Shown: piece by piece, positions 13,515-25,687 of the stretch
Numbering within the stretch: the stretch's first letter is position 1
Layout: each line of letters starts with the position of its first letter
From: Macrostomum lignano
Taxonomy: Eukaryota
Reading direction: 5' to 3'
Assembly (NCBI GenBank): GCA_002269645.1
Contig: NIVC01000754.1
Span: forward strand, 1 to 64,000
Length of the DNA: 64,000 bases
Notes under the pieces: model-generated
Databases searched by the model: none
What the model saw: only the letters and a program-made list of their open reading frames with translations
Told to the model about the DNA's origin: nothing
Translations under genes and position numbers: made by a program

Positions 13515-14312
13515 TTTTTTATCTGCCTCTCCGCTCTACCAGATCCTCAAATCTGCATCTCCGCTCTGCCAGATCCTCAAATCTGCCTCTCCGCTCTGCC
13601 AGATCCTCAAATCTGCCTCTCCGCTCTGCCAGACCCTCAAATCTGCCTCTCCGCTCTGCTAGATCCTCAAATCTGCCTCTCCGCTCTACCAGATCCTCAG
13701 ATCTGCCTCTCCGCTCTACCAGATCCTCAAATCTGCCTCTCCGCTCTACCAGATCCTCAGATCTGCCTCTCCGCTCTACCAGATCCTCAAATCTCCCTCT
13801 CCGCTCTACCAGATCCTCAGATCTGCCTCTCCGCTCTACCAGATCCTCAAATCTGCCTCTCCGCTCTACCAGATCCTCAGATCTGCCTCTCCGCTCTACC
13901 AGATCCTCAAATCTGCCTCTCCGCTCTACCAGATCCTCAGATCTGCCTCTCCGCTCTACCAGATCCTCAAATCTGCCTCTCCGCTCTACCAGATCCTCAG
14001 ATCTGCCTCTCCGCTCTACCAGATCCTCAAATCTGCCTCTCCGCTCTACCAGATCCTCAGATCTGCCTCTCCGCTCTACCAGATCCTCAGATCTGCCTCT
14101 CCGCTCTACCAGATCCTCAAATCTCCCTCTCCGCTCTACCAGATCCTCAGATTTGCCTCTCCGCTCTACCAGATCCTCAGATCTGCCTCTCCGCTCTACC
14201 AGATCCTCAGATCTGCCTCTCCGCTCTACCAGATCCTCAGATCTGCCTCTCCGCTCTACCAGATCCTCAGATCTGCATCTCCGCTCTACCAGATCCTCAG
14301 ATCTGCCTCTCC
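13515..14312. repeat. 30-bp minisatellite (CTCTCCGCTCTACCAGATCCTCAAATCTGC)
   Basis: About 26 highly homogeneous units. Confidence 0.97.
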
Positions 14313-14758
14313 ATTCCCTAAAGTACGGAATGTGTTTAAACTTGCACTGTGAGCAAGTTTCCCAATCCATTATGGTTTCTCACAAATCAGATCTTAGATC
14401 TATGAACTTTTTATGCAAACAAGACGGCTCCAATTAGAATTTAGGCTCTGTTCTCTATGCGTTTCATGAAGCCTTTCAGATAAGTACAGAAATTGCTAGG
14501 CTTCGTTCGAGCACCATGGGAAGACGGCATGTGCTCATCCATGGATTTAGAGGGGACAATTTGTAAAAGTTTGAGTGGCCTAGTAACAAATTTTCTCGCA
14601 ACAATGGGAACTCAACTTCTGCAAGATCTGTATTCACTGCATGCATGGTCCTGAGCATTATTGCTTCTATAAATTAGCTGCAAAAAACGAGTTCATGTTA
14701 CTCTGGTAAACTTGCTGCCCTGACAGAAATTGAGACACACGAGGTCACCCACTCGAAC

Positions 14759-17700
14759 ATGATCAACTGCTTTGCGCTCGGTTTGGTGTGGCTCACAGCT
14801 GCAGCCTCTGGTGCTGCCGCCTTCAATACGCCAGTGATTCTGGGTGAGTCAGGTTCAAATGTACGTGAGACATGACATCATGTCTGTTAGGCGAGATATA
14901 GAGCGTCTCGTCTATTGGTCAAATCCTTGTTTACCTGTTAAACATATCCTTGTTACCTGTTAGACATGTCCTTTTTACCTGTTAGACGTAGCTATCCTTG
15001 TTACCTTTTAGACATACATATCGTTGTTACCTAGCTGTTAGACGTATCCTTGTCACCAGTCAGACGTAGCTATCCTTGTTACCTGTGAGACATACAGATC
15101 GTTGATACCTGTTAGACATATTCTTGTTACCTGTTAGACATATCCTTGTCACCTGTTAGACACATCCTTGTTACCTGTTAGACACATCCTTGCCACCTGT
15201 TAGACATATCCTTGTCACCTGTTAGACACATCCTTGTTACATGTTAGACACATCCTTGTTACCTGTTAGACACATCCTTGTAACCTGTTAGACACATCCT
15301 TGTTACATGTTAGACACATCCTTGTTACCTGTTAGACACATCCTTGTAACCTGCTAGACATATCCTTGTTATCCCCCTCACAGTGCCAGGCGATGGCGGC
15401 AACCAGCTGTGGGCGAACCTGAACGGTGCCAACAACCACTGGTACTGCGAGAGGAACACGGACAAACCGGTGATGGCTTGGCTCGACCTAATTAACCTGG
15501 CCTACCCTGCGGTGCACTGTCTGGCTTACAAACTGGAGTGAGTCAATTTTTATTTCAATCGCAGGTTCTCGGAGTTCGGAGTTTATTTCTCGGAGTTCAT
15601 GAAACTTTTTCTTGCTTTTCTCTCTCCAGTAGCTTTTCATGAAATCATAGCTTGATAACATTGAGTGCGTCTCCATCAAACAAGCACATATACTTGTGTT
15701 TCATTTGGAAACTGGAAGCATGTCCAATCGCACCTTATGACAATGCATGCAAATATCCAACACACATCTTGAGCAGAATGAAGTTCGACCCCAACACTGG
15801 TCGGTCACGTGACAATGACGGAGTGAGCATCGTGGTCCCGGGCTTCGGCGAGACCGAGACGGTCGAATGGCTATCGGACGTTAAGATTGAGCAGAGTAAA
15901 ACTATTCTTGTTTAGCGATCTGGTTTATTTAAATAATTCTCTATAGAACTGTAGTTGATTCATACCTGCATGTACTTACCTTAATCATTTAGCCGGCTAT
16001 TACAACAAGCTGGTGGATCACCTGGTCAAGAAGCTAGGCTACCGTCGCGGCGTCGACATTGTCGGTGCTCCGTTCGACTTCCGGAGGGCTCCCAGTGAGG
16101 CTTTAGAATTGTTTTTTGCTAGCTCGCATTTTATGACAATTTAGTGATTAATAAAGGAAATGATCGGCCCACAGAATCCAATGATCGGTACACATAATCC
16201 AACGATCGGTACACATAATCCAACGATCGGTACACATAATCCAACGATCGGTACACATAATCCAACGATCGGTACACATAATCCAACGATCGGTACACAG
16301 AATCCAACGATCGGTACACAGGATCAAATGATCGGTACACAGAATCCAATGATCTGTACACATAATCCGGCCAATGCTATGTACACATAATCCAATGATC
16401 TGTACACAAAATCCAATGACCTGTACACAGAATGGGGTCATCTGTACTCATAATTCAATGTTTTTACCTACGCCACAAGTTACGTGCACCGGACCCGATC
16501 GATAACCCGCAGACGAGATGTCCGAGTACTTCGTACAGCTGGGCGCCCTAATCGAGCGCTCCTACGCAGCCAACGGCAACAAGCCCGTCGTGATTGTCGG
16601 TCACAGCCTTGGCTGCAAGGTCATCCTGCACTTTTTGCACAGCCGCAGCCAGGCATGGAAGGACAAGTACGTCAAGGACTTTGTCGCAGCCGCTGGTCCG
16701 TTTGGCGGCTCGGCCTCATCTGTGCTCGCCTCAGTGTCTGGTGAGACTCTGCTCTCTAGGGCTCTGCTGCTTAATGCCATCCAAATTCAAGACTAGAACA
16801 CTGCACGAAAATTGGCTAAGGGGTTGTCCTCTGAATCACACCCATGAAGGCCAACCCCCAAGGCACTGAGTGTGTACATCAACTGACGATAAGAAAGTCA
16901 GAGCCGCTGTACACCCTGTGGGAGCGTGGGAGCGGGAGCGTGGGAGTACAGTATTGGAGCGCTTGTAGTCAGCGGAATGGGTAGAATTGCCGTCAGTTCC
17001 AGGAAACTTGGAAAATTTCAGTCGTTAGTGACCTGGAGCTTCTACACATGCGTCTAAAAAGTGAGATTGGAATTTTTAAAACGTCATGGCCGGCTTCTCA
17101 GTCTTCAATCTTCGTTAGCTGGTCTTTACCACTGAGCTAGTTATCGCATTTTACACATAAAAGTCTCGATTTTACATTCCATTTACGTTACTCGTTAGTA
17201 GACCATCGCTTATTCTCTGGAACACTTGTGACACTTGGAAATTGGATGACGCAACTAACGAAGTAACTGCCAAGTTTAAGATCAGAGCGCCCTGGTGCTG
17301 GCGTCCCTGGATGGTCCTGGCGCCTCCCTCAAGTGCAAGGCATCCTTACTTTTGATTTGACACGTGCAGCTCAAACTAATGATCCTAATTGTACGAGTAA
17401 GATCAGACACGCTGATTAGCAGACTAGTCTGAAACCTGCTTTAAACTCCCTTCGAATTCAGGCTACAACCTTGGCCTGGGCTTCATCCGGCCTCTGTGGT
17501 TCCGTGACGCGCAGCGCAGCTGGCCCAGCACCTACTACCTCTACCCGTCCGGCCTCGTGTTCGAGGAATCCCTGGCCATCGTTGAGACCAAGCAGCGCAA
17601 GTACACCCTGGCCGAGGAAGACATCCGCGACCTGTACCAGGACATCGGCTATCCCCATGGCTACCGGCACTTCAAGGCTCTGGGAAACCTCACCGATCAG

Positions 17701-17991
17701 ACCCTGCCACCGGGCGTGCGCACCCACTGTGTGTTCGGCCACGGCTTGAAGACGGCGCACCAGTTCCGCTGGACCAACGGGCGTCAGTTTCCTGACCAGC
17801 AGCCGGATATTGTCTACAGCGACGGCGACGGAACGGTGAACATCCGCAGTCTGGATGTCTGCGTCAACTGGTCCGGCAAGCAGGCGCAGCCGGTTGCCTC
17901 GGTGCCAGTCGCTGGAGCCGAGCACGTGAAGCTGCTAACCTACTCCGAGTTCATCGACGTGGTCGAGCGGGCGGCCTCCGGCACTGACTGA
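14759..17991 (+). CDS. PLA2G15: LCAT / lysosomal (group XV) phospholipase A2 family, secreted, 6 exons, 405 aa
   Basis: Exons 14759-14843, 15384-15537, 15777-15895, 15993-16094, 16513-16740, 17462-17991 join in frame (1218 nt); signal peptide, PVILVPGDGGNQL, GAPFDFRRAP, GHSLG (Ser), DGDGTVN (Asp), AEHVKLL (His). Family is secure; orthology to PLA2G15 versus LCAT is not tested. Confidence 0.92.
14925..15372. repeat. 21-bp minisatellite in LCAT-like intron 1
   Basis: CCTTGTTACCTGTTAGACACA units. Confidence 0.9.
16160..16430. repeat. 21-bp minisatellite in LCAT-like intron 4
   Basis: GATCGGTACACATAATCCAAC units. Confidence 0.9.
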
Positions 17992-18281
17992 GCAGCTGAG
18001 TGGCTCACATGTCAAACATTTTGTGCAGTATTGAATTGGAGTGCAGCGAAAATTAAATAGATAAGTAAACAATGAATGGCTCTAAATATTAAAAGAGCAT
18101 CGCCCAGGAGTTCATCACAGATGCCTTTCTTTGGTTGTCACTTCAATCACATCCTTTGAGCTTCGACACTGATGGTGAAACCACACAGCAGCTTACGCGT
18201 GCTTTATAAGTTTATAAAAAATATTTTTCAAGTTCTTTTTCGGTTAAATGTCAATTAAACGCTTGGTAAAGACTGCTCTTA

Positions 18282-19122
18282 GGCAACTGCTCTAGGCAAC
18301 TGCTCTAGGCAACTGCTCTAGGCAACTGCTCTAGGCATCTGCTCTAGGCAACTGCAACTGCTCTAGGCAACTGCAACTGCTCTAGGGAACTGCTCTAGGG
18401 AACTGCTCTAGGAAGCTGCAACTGCTCTAGGCAACTGCTCTAGGCAACTGCAACTGCTCTAGGCAACTGCTCTAGGCAACTGCTCTAGGCATCTGCTCTA
18501 GGCAACTGCAACTGCTCTAGGCAACTGCAACTGCTCTAGGGAACTGCTCTAGGGAACTGCTCTAGGGAACTGCTCTAGGGAACTGCTCTAGACAACTGCT
18601 CTAGGGAACTGCTCTAGGGAACTGCTCTAGGAAACTGCAACTGCTCTAGGCAACTGCTCTAGGAAACTGCAACTGCTCTAGGCAATTGCTCTAGGCAACT
18701 GCTCTAGGAAGCTGCAACTGCTCTAGGCAACTGCTCTAGGAAGCTGCAACTGCTCTAGGCAACTGCTCTAGGCAACTGCTCTAGGCAACTGCTCTAGGAA
18801 ACTGCTCTAGGAAGCTGCTCTAGGAAACTGCAACTGCTCTAGGCAACTGCTCTAGGCAACTGCTCTAGGAAACTGCTCTAGGCAACTGCTCTAGGAAACT
18901 GCTCTAGGAAACTGCAACTGCTCTAGGCAACTGCTCTAGGCAACTGCTCTAGGCAACTGCTCTAGGCAACTGCAACTGCTCTAGGCAACTGCTCTAGGCA
19001 ACTGCTCTAGGCAACTGCTCTAGGAAACTGCAACTGCTCTAGGCAACTGCCCTAGGCAACTGCTCTAGGCAACTGCAACTGCTCTAGGCAACTGCCCTAG
19101 GCAACTGCTCTAGGCAACTGCT
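18282..19122. repeat. 13-bp minisatellite (GGCAACTGCTCTA) with 19-bp variant
   Basis: About 55 units, some with an extra GCAACT. Confidence 0.95.
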
Positions 19123-19475
19123 ATTCGTCATCAACTTTAACGAGATCGATGCATCCTGACCGAAGCGGTACAGCTTGCAGTACAGCATCTCTTTTTTGGC
19201 TTGACCAGCTCTCATTAGACTGGAAATGGGAATTCGCACTCTAGAGACAGATAAAATGTCTCTATCTTTGTAAAATGTCATGCATGCACATTTTTGGTAT
19301 CTTGTCTTATTAAGCAAACGGGAGCAACACCGCAGCACTGATATCGCATATACCCACTTTAAAGTCCTCATATTCATCTCTAGAAAAACGACAATTAACA
19401 AACGTTAAACATAAAACTTTGTACAACATACCGAATTCCTATAAAATGTTATATCTTTGATCACATTTTGAGCTC

Positions 19476-22400
19476 CACGTGAAGGCGCTGAGCAAGAAGC
19501 CGAAGCCAGCTGCTCGCCATGAGAAGACCGCAGCAGCAGGTCCAAAGTGCACTCGATGCGGAGGCAACCACGGACACAAGGGCGAATGCAAGGCGATGGG
19601 CCAGAAATGCAGACGATGCGGCAAGACGAACCATTTCGCGAAAATGTGCCGCATGAAAGCGGTCTCTGCGATCGACACCCAAGAGCCTGCAGAGTCCAGC
19701 CTGACGGTCCTAGCCGTGAACAACAAGAGCACAGACAGCTTATTCTGCGAATGCCGTCTGGACGGACAGGTGATTCGACTGAAAATCGACTGCGGTGCTG
19801 CCGTTTCGTTGCTCAACACGGAGACGTTCAAGAAGTCCTTCGCTAGGCACCCGCTGCTTCCGACGAGCACAAAACTGGAGGCATACGGTGGATCTGCGAT
19901 CAAGACAATCGGCAAGGTGGAGCTTCCAGTGACGTTCAATGGCATCAGGACAGAAGCCACATTCTACGTCGCCGACAAAGGAGCGAACATCCTGGGCCGC
20001 GACCTGTTTCAGGCCCTCGGATTCAAAATCTTCCAAGGTGACAACAGAGTGATAAGCATCAGCGAGACTACGATCGAGCGCGACTTCCCCGGAATCTTCG
20101 ACGGTCTAGGCCGGTCCAAGAGCTTCATTCACCGGACAAAAATCGACGCCTCGGTCAAGCCAATGTCTCAGCCAATGCGGAAGCTGCCAATCGGCCTGAA
20201 GGATGAAGTGACGTCAGAGATCAGCCGGATGGAGCAACAGGGCATCATTGAGAAGGTCGACGCATCTGAGTGGGTTAGCAACGTTGCCGTGACGCGCAAG
20301 AAGGAGTCCAACAAGGTTTGTCTCTGCGTGGATCTGCGGCAGGTCAACAAGGCGGTGATTGCGGACCGCCATCCGGTACCGTCAATCGAGGACCTATCGG
20401 CCAGCATCAACGGCTCGAAGTACTTCAGCAAGCTGGACCTGCGTCAAGGCTACCAGCAGATTCCGCTGCATCCAGACTCTCGAGGACTGACGTGCTTCAT
20501 CACCGATGCCGGCCTGTACCAGTTCACCGTGGTGCCATTCGGGCTATCCAGCTCCGGAGCTGCCTTCCAGCGAGCCCTGCAGACGGTGCTTCGAGGAGCT
20601 ACAGGCGCCATCAACATCGTGGACGACATCCTGGTGCACGGCAAGGACGAGACTGAGCACGACAAGAACCTCCGAGAAGTCCTAAGGCGGATTCATCGCG
20701 AAGGCTTCACACTCAATCGAGAGAAGTGCAAATTCCGGCAGGCGAGCGTGGATTTCTTTGCAATGGTCGTCTCTGCAGACGGCATCAAACCGACCAAGTC
20801 CAACGTCGACGCAATTCTAAGAATTCCTGAGCCATCAACGGTCGCGCAAATTCAATCGTTTCTCGGGGCAGTGAACTTTTTGCACAAGTTCATACCGCTT
20901 TACTCAGCAATTGCCGAGCCTCTGAGACAACTGCTCAAAAAGGACGCGGACTGGCACTTAGGTGAGCGAGAACGTACAGCCTTCCGTACACTCAAGTCAG
21001 CCGTAACCAGCAGCCCAGTGTTAGCTCATTTTGACTGCCAAGCTGAGACGTACGTCACCTGCGATGCAAGTCTAGACGGACTGGGGGCAGTGCTCAGCCA
21101 AGTACAAAACGGAAAAGAGGTGCCAATCGCGTTCGCATCGAGAACACTCAGCCCAGCGGAAAAGCGATACTCAGCCGGAGAGCGAGAAGCCCTGGCCTGT
21201 GTATGGAGCATCGAACGCTGGCACTACTATCTATACGGCAGACGAGTAACGCTGCGCCCTGGCCCTGACAACTCTGCTCGACTCGAAAGGCATGGGGCAC
21301 AGGCCTCTTCGCATTCATCGATGGGTCGAGAGACTTCGCGGCTACGACGTCCGGTTTGAGCACATCCCTGGCGCTGACAACAAGTGCGCGGACATGCTGT
21401 CCAGATGGGCCACGACGGAGCGCGTTCCAGCCGAGGAGACCGACGAGGAGGGCTACGTCTACGCAGTCGTCGACTCGAAGACAACGCTGACGGCAGACGC
21501 ACTGGCAACGGCGACCAAGGAGGACGAAGTGCTGCAGGCGGTTTTGCGGTACATCTCGGGCGGCTAGCCAACGAAGGTGGACAGCTCTCTAAAGCCGTAC
21601 TTCAACGTCCGGGACGAGCTGTTCTGCTGGAACAACGGTCAGTGCCTCGGCCGTGGTGAACGCGCGATCATCCCGACGGGCCTGCGACTTCAAGTCATCG
21701 AGGAGGCCCACGAAGGGCATCCGGGCGTCGTTCGGTCAAAGCAGCGGTGCCGCGACACGGTCTGGTTTCCTGGAATTGACCGGCAGGTGGAGGACTACGT
21801 CAAGAACTGCACGGCCTGCACTCTGGCGGAGAAGTCCGGCAAGCCTCAACAGACGATCGTGACACCAATCGAGTGGCCTGATGGACCGTGGGACAAGGTC
21901 GAGATCGACATCTTCGGCGAGGTCGCCGCGGCTCCTCGACACCAGCGGTTTCTACTGGTGATCTACGACCTGTACAACAAGTGGCCGGAGATTGCAGCCA
22001 TGGAAACCGTCACCTCTGCAAACATCATCAAGACGCTTCGGAAGCTATTCGGCCGGTGGGGAGTCCCAAAGATGCTGATCAGCGACAACGGACCCCAGTT
22101 CGTCAGCGACGAGTTCAAAGAGTTCCTGCGAGCTGAGGGCATCAAGCACAGCCGAGTGAGCCGGTACTACCCGCAAGGCAACGGCGGAGTCGAGCGATTC
22201 AACCGGAGTCTGAAGGAGGGCCTGGCAGCGAACCTGAGGGCGGGAGCGAAGTTTGAGGACGCCATCGACCTGGTGCTCAAGACCTACAGGACCAGCCAGC
22301 ACGCTCTCACCGGGCTGTCTCCAGCCGAGCTGATGATCGGGCGCAAGCTGCGGTTCGGACTGCTGCTGCTCAGGCCAACTCCAGTGCAACAGCGGGACGA

Positions 22401-23047
22401 CAGCGATCTGCGCGACGCTATCACTGAGAGGCAAGCCAAGAACGCCAACAAGCGAAGGCGGGCTCGTGACTCTACGCTCCAGGCCGGAGACTGTGTCTGG
22501 CGGCAGACGCCGCACCGAGCGCACAAGCTGGCGACCCGACTGAAGGAACCGCTAAAGATCGCCTCCCGAGCAGGGCGCAACACCTTCGTGCTGTCCGACG
22601 GTACAAAGTGGCAAGCGAGTCGGCTGGTTAAGTGCAACAGCCCACCGGCTGACAACGGCGCGGCCGACCAAGAGGACGACTTGTTCGATTTGCCGCTGCC
22701 GCCGGCTCCGCCCCCACGGACGGGCGAGCCGCCACCTCCACCTGAACTTCGAAGGTCAACTCGAGCTCGACGGCAACCGGCGCGTTATCCTCTTCCGGAA
22801 GGGGGGAGAATGTTGTGATTGACAATTCTTGCGCAATGAACTGACCACTGACAATTAACTATTGACCTTATTGAATGCGTGGGCGTATACTGTACTCAGA
22901 CTAGAATGTGTAGGTGATTGCGTATCGATTTGGCAATGCAACGTGCAAGTAGGAGTTTCACCTCTATAAATATATTGTGAGCGAGATTTGTGTCTCGCCG
23001 AGAAAGCTTCAATCAAAGAAACTCTCTGTGTTAATTAGAACACAACA
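19476..23047 (+). mobile_element. Ty3/Gypsy LTR retrotransposon, 5'-truncated and disrupted
   Basis: Gag Cys/His knuckles (CTRCGGNHGHKGEC, CRRCGKTNHFAKMC), protease LKIDCGA, RT (SKLDLRQGY, VDDILV), RNase H (TCDASLDGLGAVL), integrase (HEGHPG..C..C, DNGPQF, NGGVER); frameshift near 21257, TAG at 21565; PPT 22798-22810; no 5' LTR. Confidence 0.93.
22811..23047 (+). repeat. 3' LTR of the Gypsy element (237 bp)
   Basis: TGTTGTG...CACAACA termini directly after polypurine tract GAAGGGGGGAGAA; internal TATAAA. Confidence 0.85.
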
Positions 23048-24264
23048 TGTATGCAAGAAAGACGACTGGCATATCACTGCAGCTCTTTGAGTTCCACCAC
23101 GCATTCAATAATTTCCATTGAAAGCAAAAATGGTTAAATTTCTATTTCGACTCAAAACACTGTACACTGTGAAAATGATGGATTGTGCGTAAAAATTATT
23201 GGCGGATCTAAAAGACAACTGCACCATTTGGTGATAGACAATATGAGCAGCAAATATATGCTCATCGTGGCTGCCAATTCGAGTTCACGTTAAGATTTTC
23301 TCTATTAAATCAAGACTTCAGTGCGCAGCGACTGGATGCCCAAACTATGCCTTACAAGTGCCCTCTTGACGACACCCGATTTTATCTATTTCCGTCTAAC
23401 CGTGAGACTTAAGTAGTCAATAAACATTCAGAACGAACGGCGCGCCTATATTAGGGCTGGCTGCTTTGCAAGCTTTCCAAATCCGCGCGTACAAGTGCGA
23501 GAAGTGTTAGCCGGCATCGAAAGGCGATGGTTTGGAAGAGACGCCCCTCTTGAACCTGATGAATCGGCAAGGTGGAACAGGAAGCCTGATCGATAATACC
23601 CAATAACGCAGTCATATCTGCAGTCTGTCAGATGGAGCGCACCTTCATGACAGCAGAGATGTTCGTTCTGATGTGGGATGATTAAAAAACTGCAAGAGAA
23701 TTCTTTCCCGTTGTTCTTGCTAACATTCACGAGAAGAGCACGAATCACATTGAGTGCTGCTAAAAAGGGCGATGGCCAAGTTTTTGTCAGACTTTTTCTG
23801 AATCACTGATGCAACTGGCAGAGGGCACTCGCTCAGCAGAGAAAACAAGGGCACACGACAAAAAGAAAGACAACTGGGAACAGAAGAAGCTGATGCAAAT
23901 AAACGCTGTATACTGGGTGTTTAGCATTTGAGTTTGTATCGTTCCATGGAAACCAACTTTTTATTGACCCATATGCGTGTAGGTACTCGATCTAACGTTA
24001 GGATTCGTATTTAATCTCAGTGATAGTTGGCGTTGGTTAGTTCGTAAGTTAGTTAGCTAGTATAATGAATGCAGCGGGGTTTTGGACCCACGTTGTGTAT
24101 GTATGTTGTGAAAGCTTCATTTAACGCATTCTCATACCTATCTGCTCCTCATCAGACACCTGGGCGAGACGCTTTATCCCAACCCTCACCGTGTTTTTAC
24201 CTATAGAGTTGTGCTCGGCAACTGAGTTAACTGCATACGAGCGTACTATGGATTCTGTCACTAC

Positions 24265-24430
24265 AGTCACAGTTTGCTCCGCTTTGAGCTCCGATTTCGT
24301 AACTTCCGGAAGATGGCTTGTTCAGAGTCAGGTAACATACCAACGTTTTTTCCTATTTGTCAGCGCACCGTGGATTCGTCTATTCGAGTGAATGACAGCT
24401 TTTCAGATCTGGCGCAAACAATTAACTAGA
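24265..24430 (+). pseudogene. Decayed fragment related to the P/THAP element at 26223
   Basis: SALSSDFVTSGRWLVQSQ matches SALSLDFVTSGGWIVQCQ in the 26812 ORF. Confidence 0.6.
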
Positions 24431-25637
24431 AGCAATCGCAAATAGAACTTTGCTGGAAAATGTTTCGAATTATACAGTGCAAACAATAGTGTGGTAGCTT
24501 ATTAGCATATGCAACTCTATATGCAAATCAACGTTCTATTAAGTTACAGCTTTGACTGTTTTGCTTGTATCATGGACATGTACTGATGATATTTAATTAT
24601 CACCGCCAAGTCGCAACATTTTAGATGAGAATTCTCTCAGTGTGCATTGCATGACATTATTTAAAAGCGTTTTGGTCTTTTTCTGACAAGACCGGGCCTT
24701 TCCATAGCGGAGTAAAAGCGGTATTCTGTACAATAACCAGGGTTCAAGAATAGAACTCCTGTATTACTAAATGTAGCTAGATGCATCTGGAACTTTAAAA
24801 CAAAAACTTCATTTTCGTTTTCATTGAATTCAAAAAATAATTGCGCAGGTAAATGCTCCAGCTTTTATCACAGACAAAATTTCAAGCGAATTAAGTACTT
24901 AAACTGACTTTAATGCCGATCTATAAGATGTGAGATATCGTTACCTTTAGGTGTCTTGAGGCTGATCTGGGACTTCACCGTGAGCAATTAGACGCCGAAT
25001 GAGCCCTCTATGTTTTATGTAATCGTCCCCACTGGCACGCCATGGTCGGTTGAATAAAGTGAGAAAAATCTAGTTTAGTCAGCTTGATGCTCGTAGGACT
25101 CTAACCTATGGAACCGATCGATAGAAATCGACAAATTTCCAATTAGAAAAATAAATTAAGGTTAATAATTAACCTTTTAGAGGAAGACAGCGTCAAGTAA
25201 AAGATCCTGGATGCAGGTACTTCATTGTTCATTGGTGTCATATCGGCCGGCCGCCCCCCCCCCTTGTTGCTGGCGATGATGGTGCGACTTTTCCTTTACC
25301 CTAAAAAAGGTCCTCAAGATCCTCACCGGTCTCAGTTTTCTCAATATGGCGCCCCTCTAGTGTATTATGTTGTGCAACTTAATGATTAAAATCCCCCCCC
25401 CAGTTTATATTTCAAAATCCGCCCCTGCCCAAAGTGCCCTTTCGTATTTTGGCCCGCCCGCTAACGAAATGCAATGATAGGCAATCATCATACGACTATC
25501 TTCTTAAAAAATACCCTTGGAATTAGAATACCCTTCGAACAAAGGCAGTCGCAATTTAGAGTTGGACACATGCTCATCTCTACTCAGAGCAGCCGTAGAT
25601 GAAGGAAGTCAACAAAAAGTAGCCTATCAGGCTGTAG

Positions 25638-25645
25638 TATATAAA
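25638..25645 (+). promoter_or_regulatory. Candidate TATA box of WSC gene A
   Basis: TATATAAA about 45 bp before the ATG; conserved in copies B (35526-35533, minus) and D (TATAAA 46154-46159). Confidence 0.65.
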
Positions 25646-25687
25646 TCAGTGACAAAAGATTCTTCTGCTAAAGAAGAAGAGACCAAG

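Noticed and set aside
11993-14437. Long Cys/Ser-rich and LRSTRSS ORFs up to 315 aa
   Set aside because: Products of 13-bp and 30-bp minisatellites open in several frames.
16845-16915. Short similarity to 39215-39270 (AAGGCCAACCCC...GCCGCTGTACAC)
   Set aside because: Too short to define termini, TSD or class.
17458-22825. Antisense and alternate-frame ORFs over the LCAT exon and Gypsy pol (likewise over the LINE and PolB)
   Set aside because: Shadows of GC-rich coding sequence with no recognisable motifs.
23100-23900. Coding-like sequence with a 100-aa minus ORF
   Set aside because: No recognisable motif or splice model.
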